A DNA stretch of 64,000 nt, taken from positions 576,001 to 640,000 of the forward strand of contig CAXXLL010000002.1 in NCBI GenBank assembly GCA_963662545.2. The letters run 5' to 3'. Within the stretch, counting starts at the first letter, position 1, and each line of letters opens with the position of its first letter. Below, in pieces: positions 19,429 through 29,815 of the stretch. The notes beneath the pieces are model-generated. The model worked only from the letters and a program-made list of their open reading frames with translations, did not search any database and was not told the DNA's origin. This DNA comes from Gammaproteobacteria bacterium. Lineage in GTDB: Bacteria > Pseudomonadota > Gammaproteobacteria > Ga0077536. The position numbers and the translations under genes are program-made.

Positions 19429-20625
19429 TGTCTGTGGCGAATTCGTAATTTTCACCTGAAAACGATAACTGAGACAGTCTTGTTCCAGACGGCAACCTTT
19501 CCTAACCTCCCTGGCCATGAAGGACCTGTTAGTACTCGTCGCACATTTATTTACTACCATCGCCAAACTCCTGGGACCCGGTGGTGCGAAGGCCGTCGTC
19601 GCCGACAGCCTCCTCATGAAGCAGCAACTCCTGGTCATCAATCGTTCTCGGCGACGCGCACCCAATCTCTCGGTATTTGATCGATTCTTGGTCGGCTTCT
19701 GGCCATTGTTTCTCAGTCCACGCCGTATTCAGCGGGCTGCCGTGATTATCAGACCATCGACACTTCTGAAATTTCACGACATCCTCAAGAAGCGAAAGTA
19801 TCGACTCCTGTTTTCATCGGGCAGAAAAGGAAAGCCAGGTCCCAAGGGCCCATCACCGGAACTCATCCAAGCTATCGTTGAACTGAAACAACGTAACCCG
19901 CGCTTTGGCTGCCGCCGGATCGCCCAGCAGATCGCCAACACGTTCGGGATCGATATCGACAAGGACCTTGTAAGGCGTGTCCTCGCCAAATACTACCGCC
20001 CAATGCCCAACGACGGTGGGCCATCCTGGTTGACCTTCCTCGGAAACACCAAGGACAGCCTCTGGAGCATTGATCTGTTTCGGTGTGAATCTATTCTGCT
20101 GAACAGCCACTGGGTGCTCGTGGTGATGGACCAGTTCACCCGTCGCATCATCGGCTTCGGTGTGCAAGCCGGCGATGTCGATGGGTTCGCCCTGTGCCGC
20201 ATGTTCAATACAACCATTTCTACCCAGGGTGTTCCGCACTATCTCAGTTCTGACAATGACCCGCTATTCCTGTATCACCGATGGCAAGCCAATTTACAAA
20301 TTCTTGGGGTCGACGAGATTAAGACCGTCCCGTATACGCCGCAATCGCATCCCTTCGTTGAGCGACTGATCGGGACGATCCGTCGCGAATACCTTGACCA
20401 CATCTTCTTCTGGAACACTCAGGATCTTGAGCGAAAACTCGTCGACTTCAGGCAGTACTACAACCGCGAGCGGGTTCATCATTCGCTAGGCGGAGATACA
20501 CCGGGAATGGCTAGCGGTGATCCCCAGCCTCGACGCGCAAATCTCCGTAACTATTCATGGATATCACACTGCAATGGACTTTTTCAGACTCCCATCGCCG
20601 CATGAATAGGAATTCGCCACCCACA
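19429..20625 (+). mobile_element. rve IS copy C, full length
   Basis: IRs TGTCTGTGGCGAATT and AATTCGCCACCCACA. Confidence 0.85.
19517..20605 (+). CDS. integrase-core (DDE) transposase
   Basis: 362 aa, paralogue of 9796-10887 (WSIDLF, SSDND, VERLIGTIRRE). Confidence 0.9.
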   Translation: MKDLLVLVAHLFTTIAKLLGPGGAKAVVADSLLMKQQLLVINRSRRRAPNLSVFDRFLVGFWPLFLSPRRIQRAAVIIRPSTLLKFHDILKKRKYRLLFSSGRKGKPGPKGPSPELIQAIVELKQRNPRFGCRRIAQQIANTFGIDIDKDLVRRVLAKYYRPMPNDGGPSWLTFLGNTKDSLWSIDLFRCESILLNSHWVLVVMDQFTRRIIGFGVQAGDVDGFALCRMFNTTISTQGVPHYLSSDNDPLFLYHRWQANLQILGVDEIKTVPYTPQSHPFVERLIGTIRREYLDHIFFWNTQDLERKLVDFRQYYNRERVHHSLGGDTPGMASGDPQPRRANLRNYSWISHCNGLFQTPIAA

Positions 20626-20917
20626 CCTCACGCCTTCGTTCGACGACTCCATGAGAATGCAATCCCCTTTTCTTGATGCGCCGGCAAGTGTCTGGTGTTA
20701 GATTCTTGCCTGGCAATACCAACAGAAAGCGGAGGCGGCAACGTACGCGCGTTGTGCGAACAGCGACTCATCCTGCAAGCTGAGTCACGAGATTGGCCGC
20801 AGCACGCCGGCACCAGGATATCAAGCAAACACTGCCGCATCCACGCAATAGATAGCTGTTGCTACAGTAGGCGGTGGAAGATATTGCTAAATTAAGATCG
20901 CTGGACGAAATATTAGA

Positions 20918-21613
20918 ATGAACAAGCTGGAACAATCCGTACGGGTAATAGATATCGTTGCGGCAACAGCCCTGGACGCAGTAAAAACCTGGTCATGGTG
21001 TATAACACCGATGACCAAGGCCAGCGGTCAGGCCTATATTTTGCAGCATATTCTTCGTAACCGTTTTTTCAGCGCCGTGATGCGCCCGGCCTGGATGAGT
21101 CGCTGTCCGGATTTAAAAATTGTACGCAGGACCATCGGTCAGATGTGTGAAGAACTGGTGTTCGATCCGGCCATAAAGGCAGCGCATACCAAGATCCTTT
21201 GGGAGATGGGACGCAATACCGGATTAACCGATGAGCAGATGGAAAACGTTGTTCCAGAAACTGGCACCGCTGCTTCGTTTGCCATTATGGAAAACCTGGC
21301 CCGTAACTGGCACTGGACCGTCGGGTGGATTGGTTCTTCCATCGACGAATTTGTATTGGTCCAGATGGAAGACCATAACTTTCGGCCACATAAGTGGCAG
21401 GAGGCATTTGACCTGAGCAAGGAGGAGGTTTTCTTTTTTGAGTATCATCTGACTGCTGATCTTGAGCACGCGGGTAAAAAAATTTGGGAGCCCATGCAGT
21501 CATATATCAATAACGAGGTGGAAGCAGAAATCCTGCGGGCATTACCGTTGGTGATGGAGGCACAACGGCTCTTCTATTGCGGGGTTGAATCACAAGCGCA
21601 ACGTATTGAGTAA
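20918..21613 (+). CDS. heme-oxygenase-like fold protein (TenA/PqqC/CADD-type, candidate diiron oxidase)
   Basis: EEL..AH, DE and FFEYHLTADLEH (HxxxDxxH) ligand pattern; SRCPD motif. Confidence 0.7.
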   Translation: MNKLEQSVRVIDIVAATALDAVKTWSWCITPMTKASGQAYILQHILRNRFFSAVMRPAWMSRCPDLKIVRRTIGQMCEELVFDPAIKAAHTKILWEMGRNTGLTDEQMENVVPETGTAASFAIMENLARNWHWTVGWIGSSIDEFVLVQMEDHNFRPHKWQEAFDLSKEEVFFFEYHLTADLEHAGKKIWEPMQSYINNEVEAEILRALPLVMEAQRLFYCGVESQAQRIE

Positions 21614-21833
21614 GCTCCCACCTGATAAATATTTTTCTGTAGTCTCTAACCGATACTGTCAACTTAACCGATTTGAGGGCGTATTTAGCGCGCGCGGGAG
21701 GTTCTAAGTCATTGATTGTTAGGATCGGTACACGCTCGTTTCGCCCCAAATACGAGAAGTTCTACCTTAAGTTGACAGCACCGCTCCGCATCAGACGGTA
21801 AAATTCGCACATGGACGGAAAGAACCGAGCCCA

Positions 21834-23018
21834 ATGAACCGGCCAGAAGACCTAACGCGCGGTGCGTTAGTTGAGCGCGCGCTCTCGGTGGCGGATATGG
21901 TGCGTGAATTCGAGCAAGAAAGTGATCTTATGCGGGTGTTGCGCCCTCAGAGTGTGAAAGCTCTGCGCGACGCCGAACTATTCAAAGTTATTCAGCCACA
22001 ACGTATTGGCGGATTCGAAATGGATTTGCCGACGCTCCATGCGGTCACCATGGCACTTGGCACTGGTTGCGCTGCAACAGGATGGGTCTACCTCGTTACC
22101 GGCGCCCACACTTGGGTCTTGGGGATGTTTCCCGAGGCCGCGCAGGATGAGTTGAAAGCGGACGATCCGGATACCTTCATTCCAGGCACTTTGGCTTCTC
22201 AGGGCAAAGCGCAAATCGTCGACGGTGGCGTCCGCATCAGCGGTCGTTGGCAGTTTGCGAGTGGCTGCGATTACGGACGTTGGGGGTTATTCGCTGCAGT
22301 GCGATCCGATTCCACCCCCGAAGATCCCAAGCACGTCCACGTGCTCGTCCCGAACACGGATTACATGATTGAAGATACGTGGTACACGATGGGTCTGCGC
22401 GGCACCGGTAGCAAGGATGTAATCATGGACGATGTTTTCGTGCCCGCGTATCGAACCATGCCAACGGGCGATCTCTTCAATGGTATAAGCGAAGCCGCCT
22501 GTGCGCATCATAGTTTCGTCTATCAGTTCCCGGTGTTGAGTTCGCTTACTTACCTGTTAACCGCGCCGGTGCTTTCACTTGCCCGGCGCATATATGCCGA
22601 ATATATCGACATGACTGTATCCAGACGCGATCGCTACGATGGTTCTTCCAAAATGAAGAAGGCGCCGGTACATTTGCGCATCGCTGAATCTTGGGCTGAA
22701 ATCCAAAGCGCGGAGCTGATGGTGCAAGATATTTCGCGTATCTTCGATACGGCGCTGGCGAAACGTGAACGATTCGATATCGATACACGGGTTGAAGTGA
22801 AATGGCGTGCGAGCTACGCGATTCATCTATGCCGCCGTGCGGCAGATCGTCTATTCGATTCGGCCGGAGCCAATTCTATTTACGACCGATCAGCGCTGCT
22901 GCCACTCGTCCAGAGCTTGCACACTGCATCGCACCATGCGGCTACCGATTTTGACAATAATGCGACCAGCTTTGGCAGTCAGAAACTAGGGCTTGGCCCA
23001 GGCACGTGGCTCGTCTAG
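21834..23018 (+). CDS. flavin-dependent monooxygenase oxygenase subunit (acyl-CoA dehydrogenase fold, HsaA-like)
   Basis: QPQRIGG, GRWQFASGCD, DTWYTMGLRGTGSKD, SAGANSIY. Confidence 0.88.
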   Translation: MNRPEDLTRGALVERALSVADMVREFEQESDLMRVLRPQSVKALRDAELFKVIQPQRIGGFEMDLPTLHAVTMALGTGCAATGWVYLVTGAHTWVLGMFPEAAQDELKADDPDTFIPGTLASQGKAQIVDGGVRISGRWQFASGCDYGRWGLFAAVRSDSTPEDPKHVHVLVPNTDYMIEDTWYTMGLRGTGSKDVIMDDVFVPAYRTMPTGDLFNGISEAACAHHSFVYQFPVLSSLTYLLTAPVLSLARRIYAEYIDMTVSRRDRYDGSSKMKKAPVHLRIAESWAEIQSAELMVQDISRIFDTALAKRERFDIDTRVEVKWRASYAIHLCRRAADRLFDSAGANSIYDRSALLPLVQSLHTASHHAATDFDNNATSFGSQKLGLGPGTWLV

Positions 23019-23084
23019 ATGCGTTCGGCGTAGCCTCGGTATTGGACGCCGACGACCGGGGCATTGAATAGGTCACCGGTTACC

Positions 23085-23132
23085 GAAAAAGGAGATGGAG
23101 GGAATAATTTTTAATTCCTCCGTCACCTTTTC
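23085..23132. repeat. intergenic hairpin upstream of the Rieske oxygenase genes
   Basis: AAAAGGAGATGGAGGGAAT pairs imperfectly with ATTCCTCCGTCACCTTTT. Confidence 0.55.
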
Positions 23133-23162
23133 TCAACGACACGTTTTTTGGGAGGCGCGGTG

Positions 23163-24569
23163 ATGACGGATAAACCCACTAACGCAATGGGCAAGTCCCG
23201 CGCACGAACACGGGCGGGTGTCGATTGGTCGCGGCAAGAGATCCTCGATCTGGTTGATCACGACGGCAGCAGCATCGACCCCGCAATCTACAGCGACCCG
23301 GAGATCTACGAGTTGGAGTTGGAGCGTATCTTCGGTCGGGCGTGGCTCTTTCTTGCCCATGAAACGCAAATTCCGAATGCCGGGGATTTCGTTACCACCT
23401 ACATGGGTGAGGATCCGATCATCGTCGTACGTCAGAAAGACCATCAGGTCATCGCGTTTCTCAACCAATGCCGACATCGTGGTATGCGGCTATGCTCTGC
23501 TGACTTCGGTAACGCCAAGGCATTCAGCTGTCGTTACCACGGTTGGTCATATGGTTTAGGCGGCAATCTCGCGATCGTACCCTTTGAGAAAGAGGCCTAT
23601 CACGGCGAGATCAATCGCGACGCCTTGGGTCTGTTCAAGGTTCCGAGGATCGAGCATTACAAAGGGCTCATTTTCGGCACCTGGGATGAGTCGGCACCGT
23701 CGCTATTGGATTACCTGGGAGAGGTCGCGTGGTATCTCGACGTTTTTCTTGATCGGTCCGAAGAAGGTACCGAGGTCATCGGGGGGATGCACAAGTGGGT
23801 GATTGCTTGCAATTGGAAATTCGCCGCCGAGCAATTCTGCAGCGACATGTACCACGTGCCGATCGCACACATGTCACCAATGATGGCGCAGCTGCCGCCG
23901 AATGCCTCGCCCGCCGACGCGGCGATGCCGATGGAAGGTGTACAGTTCCGCGCCGCTTACGGTGGGCACGGTTGCGGATTCTTCACTGATCTAGAGGCCG
24001 GCGGGCGGGTGCTGGCGTCGGTGGTCGGTGAGAAGGCGGCGGCGTATTACTTGCATACGGCGCGAGACAAGGTTCGCGCCCGGCTTGGCGCTGCGCGGGC
24101 CGACAAAATTGTCGCAAATCACACTACTGTTTTCCCGAACCTGTCGTTCCTCCCGGGCATTCAGGCGATGCGGACCTGGCACCCGCGCGGGCCTGGCGAG
24201 ATCGAGGTGTGGGCGCTGACGGTGGTTGACCGGGATTTTCCAGATGAGATCAAAGAGGCCTACCGCACTGGCGTCTTGCGGACATTCAGTGCGGGGGGCA
24301 TTTTCGAGCAGGATGACGGCGAGAATTGGTCCGAGATCCAGCGCGTCCTGCGCGGTCGCAAAGCGCGCGAAGGACGCTTCCATATCGGTATGGGCAAGGG
24401 CTACGCGCGGCGCGATCACGCCGATTTCCCCGGTACGACGAACTACGTTTATGGCGAGGAGGCGGCGCGCGGTTTCTACAGCCATTGGGCTCGGATGTTG
24501 GCGGCAGACGGGTGGGACGAACTGTGCCGTGATCACGAACTTGACGATGGACGTGTGAACGCGGAGTAG
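23163..24569 (+). CDS. aromatic ring-hydroxylating dioxygenase alpha subunit (biphenyl/phenylpropionate type)
   Basis: Rieske CRHRG..CRYHGW; [16 protein letters not shown]; FEQDDGENW; GEEAARGFY. Confidence 0.95.
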   Translation: MTDKPTNAMGKSRARTRAGVDWSRQEILDLVDHDGSSIDPAIYSDPEIYELELERIFGRAWLFLAHETQIPNAGDFVTTYMGEDPIIVVRQKDHQVIAFLNQCRHRGMRLCSADFGNAKAFSCRYHGWSYGLGGNLAIVPFEKEAYHGEINRDALGLFKVPRIEHYKGLIFGTWDESAPSLLDYLGEVAWYLDVFLDRSEEGTEVIGGMHKWVIACNWKFAAEQFCSDMYHVPIAHMSPMMAQLPPNASPADAAMPMEGVQFRAAYGGHGCGFFTDLEAGGRVLASVVGEKAAAYYLHTARDKVRARLGAARADKIVANHTTVFPNLSFLPGIQAMRTWHPRGPGEIEVWALTVVDRDFPDEIKEAYRTGVLRTFSAGGIFEQDDGENWSEIQRVLRGRKAREGRFHIGMGKGYARRDHADFPGTTNYVYGEEAARGFYSHWARMLAADGWDELCRDHELDDGRVNAE

Positions 24570-24571
24570 CT

Positions 24572-25108
24572 ATGACCGAGCTTACACGGCAACCCGTATC
24601 GTTCGAATTCCAACACAGAGTCGAGCAGTTTCTTTACGGCGAAGCGAACCTGCTCGATGAGCGGCGGTATCATGAGTGGTTCGATCTGCTCGCCGACGAC
24701 ATTCGTTACTGGATGCCGGTGCGGTTCAATCGACTGCGGCAGGATATCGATCATGAATTCGCAGGCGCGAACGAGGTCGCGCATTTCGACGAGGACAAAT
24801 CGTCGATGCGGGTCCGTATCAAACGCCTGGCTACCGGGCGGGCGTGGGCCGAGGAGCCGCCGTCGCGGACGCGGCACATGGTGAGTAACGTACGGGTCGC
24901 GCCGTCGGACGCGGCAGACGGGTTTACGGTGCACTGTAGTTTCCTTTTGTATCGCTCGAGGGGCGAACGCCAGGTCGACATGTTCGTTGGTAGGCGCGAG
25001 GATGTGCTGCGGCACTCCGACAACCCTTATGGATTCCAAATCGCCCGACGCACCATCTACCTGGATCAGACACTGCTGACCGCCAATAACCTGAGTGTTT
25101 TCTTTTGA
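24572..25108 (+). CDS. ring-hydroxylating dioxygenase beta subunit (BphA2/HcaF type)
   Basis: EANLLDERRY, YWMP, WAEEPPSRTRH, GRREDVLR, NNLSVFF. Confidence 0.93.
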   Translation: MTELTRQPVSFEFQHRVEQFLYGEANLLDERRYHEWFDLLADDIRYWMPVRFNRLRQDIDHEFAGANEVAHFDEDKSSMRVRIKRLATGRAWAEEPPSRTRHMVSNVRVAPSDAADGFTVHCSFLLYRSRGERQVDMFVGRREDVLRHSDNPYGFQIARRTIYLDQTLLTANNLSVFF

Positions 25109-25169
25109 TCGGCGGCTCCAGGCATCGGGTCATTCCGCAGGGAATGTTTGAAGAGGACGGGACGGGTTA

Positions 25170-25658
25170 ATGGACCTGGGTGCAATCGGCGAGCTGGAAC
25201 TCCAGTATCGCGTAGAACGTCTGCTCGCGGATTACGCGCATTGCATCGATGATGACCGTCTGGAATCCTGGCCGGACCTTTTTGTCGATGACTGTGTCTA
25301 TAAGATCATCTCCAAGGAAAACGCGGATCGCGGTATGCCGATCGCCGCGATATTTTGCGATTCCAAAGGCATGCTGGTTGACCGCATTGTTTCGTTGCGG
25401 CGAGCGAATGTGTACGAGCGGCACCACTATCGCCATATCATCAGCGCGGTCGTCGTGCGGGAAGTTCGCGACGATGTCATAGACGTACACAGCAATTACG
25501 TCGTATATCGAACACGCACCAACGGCCACACGGAGGTCTACAACAGCGGCAAATATATGGACAAAGTAGTCCTGGTCGATGATCGGTTGATATTTAGGGA
25601 AAAGATCGTAATGTTTGATACAAACCGCGTCGATACACTGCTTGTGACTCCGTTATAG
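25170..25658 (+). CDS. ring-hydroxylating oxygenase small subunit (salicylate/anthranilate type)
   Basis: YAHCIDDDRLESWPDLF, GMLVDRIVSLRRANVYERH, DTLLVTPL. Confidence 0.9.
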   Translation: MDLGAIGELELQYRVERLLADYAHCIDDDRLESWPDLFVDDCVYKIISKENADRGMPIAAIFCDSKGMLVDRIVSLRRANVYERHHYRHIISAVVVREVRDDVIDVHSNYVVYRTRTNGHTEVYNSGKYMDKVVLVDDRLIFREKIVMFDTNRVDTLLVTPL

Positions 25659-25665
25659 GGAAGCC

Positions 25666-26931
25666 ATGGTCATAAAATCATCGCAATCGATATTGCCCAA
25701 TCTACGCAGCTGGCCCGAGGTCGACACCGGTTGTGTGGTGCCATACGAGGTCTTTACCGATACGCACTACTTCTATCGGGAGCAGACGAGCATCTTTCGC
25801 GGCAACACCTGGAACTTCGTCGGGCTCGAGGCCGAGCTGCCGAACACCGGTGATTATAAGACGACCTTCATCGGTGAGACGCCGGTGTTGATCACGCGCG
25901 ACGACAAGGGCGCTGTCAACGTGATGCAGAACCGTTGTGCGCACCGCGGGGCACTGGTGTGCCGCGAGCCGAGGGGTAACGTACGGCGTCTGCAATGCGT
26001 CTATCATCAGTGGACCTACAATCTGCACGGGAAGCTGCTCGGTGTGCCGTTTCGGGATGGGGTGCGCGGCAAGGGCGGTATGCCCGACTCCTTCGACATG
26101 GCTGAACACGGTCTCGACGCCCTGCGTGTCGAGACGATCAACGGTCTCGTCTTTGCCAGCTTCTCAGCGACGGTCGAGCCGCTGTGCGCATATCTCGGTC
26201 CGATGGTGGTCGCAAACATCGAGCGGATATTCAACCGCCCCATCACGATCCTCGGCGACCAGCGGCAGTACATACACGGCAACTGGAAACTCTATGCAGA
26301 GAACACTCGCGATCCCTACCATGCCAGTCTCCTGCACCTGTTTCACAACACTTTCGGGCTGTATCGCGCGTCGCAACTGGGCGGCTGCGTCATGGACGAG
26401 GGGCAACGACACGCGAATATCTACACCCGGAGTGAGACCGGTGACACGCAGATTGACGACGAGATTTACAAAGATAGCCGCAGTTATGACAACAGCTTCT
26501 CGCTCGAAGACCCGTCGCTACTCGCCGGGCGCGCGGAATTTGATGACGGGATCACACTGATGATCCTGTCGGTATTTCCTAATCTCGTTGTCCAGCAAAT
26601 CGCCAATACCCTTGCGGTGCGCCAGATCGTCACCGACGGGGTCAACGGCTTTGAACTCGTGTGGACACATTTCGGGTATGCCGACGATGACGAGGAGATG
26701 CAGCGGATCCGGATCAAACAGTCGAACCTGATCGGGCCGGCGGGTTTGATTTCGATGGAAGACGGGGAGGCGATCGAACTTGTGCAGCGCGGGGTGGCCC
26801 GCGATCAGGACAAGGCCTCCTACATCGCGATGGGCGGCGGCCACGCCGAGGACGCCGAACACCTGGTCACCGAATCGGCGGTCATCGGTTTTTGGAATTG
26901 CTACAAATCGCTGCTCGGGATCGCGGCATGA
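25666..26931 (+). CDS. Rieske oxygenase large subunit (salicylate hydroxylase / anthranilate dioxygenase type)
   Basis: CAHRG..CVYHQW; NWKLYAENTRDPYHASLLH; NLIGPAGLISMEDGE. Confidence 0.93.
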   Translation: MVIKSSQSILPNLRSWPEVDTGCVVPYEVFTDTHYFYREQTSIFRGNTWNFVGLEAELPNTGDYKTTFIGETPVLITRDDKGAVNVMQNRCAHRGALVCREPRGNVRRLQCVYHQWTYNLHGKLLGVPFRDGVRGKGGMPDSFDMAEHGLDALRVETINGLVFASFSATVEPLCAYLGPMVVANIERIFNRPITILGDQRQYIHGNWKLYAENTRDPYHASLLHLFHNTFGLYRASQLGGCVMDEGQRHANIYTRSETGDTQIDDEIYKDSRSYDNSFSLEDPSLLAGRAEFDDGITLMILSVFPNLVVQQIANTLAVRQIVTDGVNGFELVWTHFGYADDDEEMQRIRIKQSNLIGPAGLISMEDGEAIELVQRGVARDQDKASYIAMGGGHAEDAEHLVTESAVIGFWNCYKSLLGIAA

Positions 26932-26982
26932 CGGTTTGAAGGACGGGCGAGTACGCCCGGTGAACGCGAGGAGCGAAGCAAG

Positions 26983-27597
26983 ATGAGCTTATGGCTGGAG
27001 ATGCTGGGCGCCACCGTCCGGTTTGTGGATACGAAATCGTTTGGCGGCACGCGTATCGCAGAGGCCGGCACGCATAATGAACAAACCGTCATCTTCATGC
27101 ACGGGATAGGCGGCCACCTCGAGGCCTACGCGAAAAATATTGTCACCATGTCCAATCGATTCCATACCGTCGCCTACGACTACGTCGGGCACGGGCTCTC
27201 CAACAAGATGGTGATGGACTATTCGCCGCTGCTGCTGGTGTAGCACCTCAGTGAGCTGATGGACTCGCTCGGGCTCGAGAAGGCGCACCTCTCCGGCGAG
27301 TCACTTGGTGGCTGGGTCGGCGGCCTTTTCGCGGGACAATACCCGGAGCGCGTCGAGCGTTTGATTTTAAATACGTCCGCGGGTCTGCCGATTATCATAG
27401 ACAAAGGCCGGCAGGATCTGCAGGAACTCATCGAACTCAGCCAGAAAGCCGCTACGCAGGGGCCACCGACCTACGAGAGTGTCAAGAATCGTATGAAATG
27501 GCTCTTCCACCCCAACAACCACGACATGATCACCGACGAGTTGGTGAACACCCGTCTCAGCTTCTATTCAATAAGCGGGCCCTTCCTGGTCGCGTAG
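26983..27597 (+). pseudogene. alpha/beta hydrolase (meta-cleavage product hydrolase-like) with in-frame TAG at 27241 and 3' truncation
   Basis: HGIGGH, GHGLS and GESLGG nucleophile in the same frame across the TAG; C-terminal Asp/His region missing. Confidence 0.85.
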
Positions 27598-27678
27598 AAC
27601 GCTAATTCCAACGGCAATTGCGGCGTTCTTCAGGCACCAGCCGCCGTCGCCTCTGAATACTATCTAAAATGCTTTTTC

Positions 27679-29397
27679 TCAAGCGCGCATGATTTCAAGC
27701 AAGTACATTGTCATCACTTTCTGATCCCCGAATTTGAAATAAAAGGCATCCGATTCGTCCGCCACACGCGCGATTTGTACAGCGTTCTGCTCGAACACAT
27801 CGGAGAAGTTGTATAGATTGAAATCCAATACTCTGCTAGTAAAGCCCAGCTCGCGCAGGATGCTCTCGGTGCGGGCCTGACCGACCAGCGAAATCTGCAT
27901 CACGTATGCCACGCCATTCGTCCCCATCAGGGCTGGGAGCAGATTCAAAAAATGATCGAAGATGTTACGTCCCCAGTAGTCGACCGGGCGGTGGCGGCTG
28001 AGCTGGCCGCGCGGATCGGTCGGCATTTGATAAAGGCTGGCGACGACCACGTCGAACTGTGCATCAGGCACATAGGCGAGCAGGTCGACGACCTTGCCCC
28101 TGACCCGATCGGCGACGTCATTGCGAAACGCGTTGGTCAAGGTGTTCGCTACCGCGGCCTTGTCGATATCGAGGGCAACGACTTCGGATGCGCCGTTGAG
28201 CGCCAGTTGCACGCTGAGGATGCCGGCACCGCACCCGACGTCAATACAGCGCCGCTCCTTGCCGACGTTGGAATTGAACAGGTGCTTCCACGCCAGGTAA
28301 CTCCCCTGCGTGGGGACGAAGACGTCCGGATCGACGACGATCTCCGGCATCGGCAGCGGAAAGAGCGGCCGTGACTGCCCGCCGAGCCAGGGCTCTGGTG
28401 GCGGGCTGGCACGCGTAGTCGCGGCGCGCTCGGGGTGTATGGGAGTGGACGCTGCCGGCGTCGATGCCAGGGTTGTTGCGAGCGTCGCAATCTCGTCCGG
28501 GCCGACGCCGCAGCAACCGCCGATGATCTGCGCGCCTTCTTCACGCCATGCCAGCGCTTCTTGAGCGAAGGCGGCCGGCGTTGAATCCGCGTCGAACTGC
28601 CAGCCATTCTCGACCAGCCGGCCGAGGTTGGGATAGACGCCCAAAGGCAAAGATACGTAATCGCGCAACCAGCTAAGAGTACCGGCTACCCGCTCGATCG
28701 GCAGGCAGTTGATGAGGATGGCGCCGACGCCCATGCGTTCCAGTTTGCGCGCAAGACGGCCGAAGTAATCGCCTTCCGGCCCGCCCCAGAGCTGGCCATA
28801 GATCCCGCACACGCCGTCGCGGCAACGCCGGAAGCTGGTCCATACCGGCCACCCAGCGTCAAGCAGTAGCTCGATCGCGGCCAAGGTGTAATTGTCGTCG
28901 ATCAGCGAGACCGATTCGAACACGATGAGGTCGGGCGGACTGTCATCGAAGACCCGCAGCAGTAGTTCCACGGTCTCGAACTGCGACTCGGCTTCGATGT
29001 CGCCGCCGATACTGAATGCTACCGCGCAGCCGCTGTCGCCAGCCGCATCCCGTGCTAACGTCACCGCGGTGCGCGCGAGGTCCATCCACTGCAAGGGTTG
29101 CTGGTGCTGCGAGTCGTATAGGCTCGCGTATGACGGGGCGTCGATCACCGCGTAGGTATTCGTGGTGATGATCTCCGCGCCTGCGGCGATATAGCTGGCG
29201 TGCACGGCGCTCACCGCATGCGGTGACATTTCGAGTGCGTCAAAGCCCCAATGCGCGGCGTCGCTCAAACGGTAGCCTTTGACACCTTGCCGCTGCAGCT
29301 CGGTCGCGTTGGCGCCATCGAGGATAACGCATTCGCCCGCCGAGAGGCGGGCATGCACGGCCGTGTAAGTCGCTGATGCGGTGGCTCGTTGGTTCAT
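27679..29397 (-). CDS. homocysteine S-methyltransferase domain fused to a class I SAM-dependent methyltransferase
   Basis: ILDGANATEL, TTNTY, INC, YPN, IIGGCCG (three Zn-ligand Cys); Pro/Ala linker; then DVGCGAG, LDID, FDVVV. Confidence 0.88.
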   Translation of the reverse strand: MNQRATASATYTAVHARLSAGECVILDGANATELQRQGVKGYRLSDAAHWGFDALEMSPHAVSAVHASYIAAGAEIITTNTYAVIDAPSYASLYDSQHQQPLQWMDLARTAVTLARDAAGDSGCAVAFSIGGDIEAESQFETVELLLRVFDDSPPDLIVFESVSLIDDNYTLAAIELLLDAGWPVWTSFRRCRDGVCGIYGQLWGGPEGDYFGRLARKLERMGVGAILINCLPIERVAGTLSWLRDYVSLPLGVYPNLGRLVENGWQFDADSTPAAFAQEALAWREEGAQIIGGCCGVGPDEIATLATTLASTPAASTPIHPERAATTRASPPPEPWLGGQSRPLFPLPMPEIVVDPDVFVPTQGSYLAWKHLFNSNVGKERRCIDVGCGAGILSVQLALNGASEVVALDIDKAAVANTLTNAFRNDVADRVRGKVVDLLAYVPDAQFDVVVASLYQMPTDPRGQLSRHRPVDYWGRNIFDHFLNLLPALMGTNGVAYVMQISLVGQARTESILRELGFTSRVLDFNLYNFSDVFEQNAVQIARVADESDAFYFKFGDQKVMTMYLLEIMRA

Positions 29398-29815
29398 CGA
29401 ATCTCCCTTGGCATGTACTCACGCGTCGCAAGCCCGGTGCAAGCGAGTGCGCCGCAGTTCCGACGCGGCGGGCTCGGGCCTGATTCAGAGTGTAGCCCGG
29501 CTGATACGATTTTGAAGAGTGGCCGATGGTTGGCGCATTCAGTTTAATTGAGCTCAACGTTCGTTGTGGTCGTGGTTTTCTTCAACCCCGAGTATGCAAC
29601 AGCCTGCTGATGCCTGAGAGTCCAGAGATACGGCGCAAAGCCGACAAGATTGCCAGAGTGTTGGAGTGATACGCTGTCGGGATGCCGATTCTGAACTGGT
29701 CCATGCGATGGCAACCATTGCAAGCGCCATACAGCCGATGGGCCGTTGTCAGGTCTGCAAGCCGTGATATTCCGGCTCGTACCATGACCCGCCATATTAG
29801 CCCCATCACGCTGCC

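Noticed and set aside
20630-20830. Possible group II intron or IS110 left-end fragment
   Set aside because: Only short motif coincidences (GTGCG); no domain V, reverse transcriptase or transposase.
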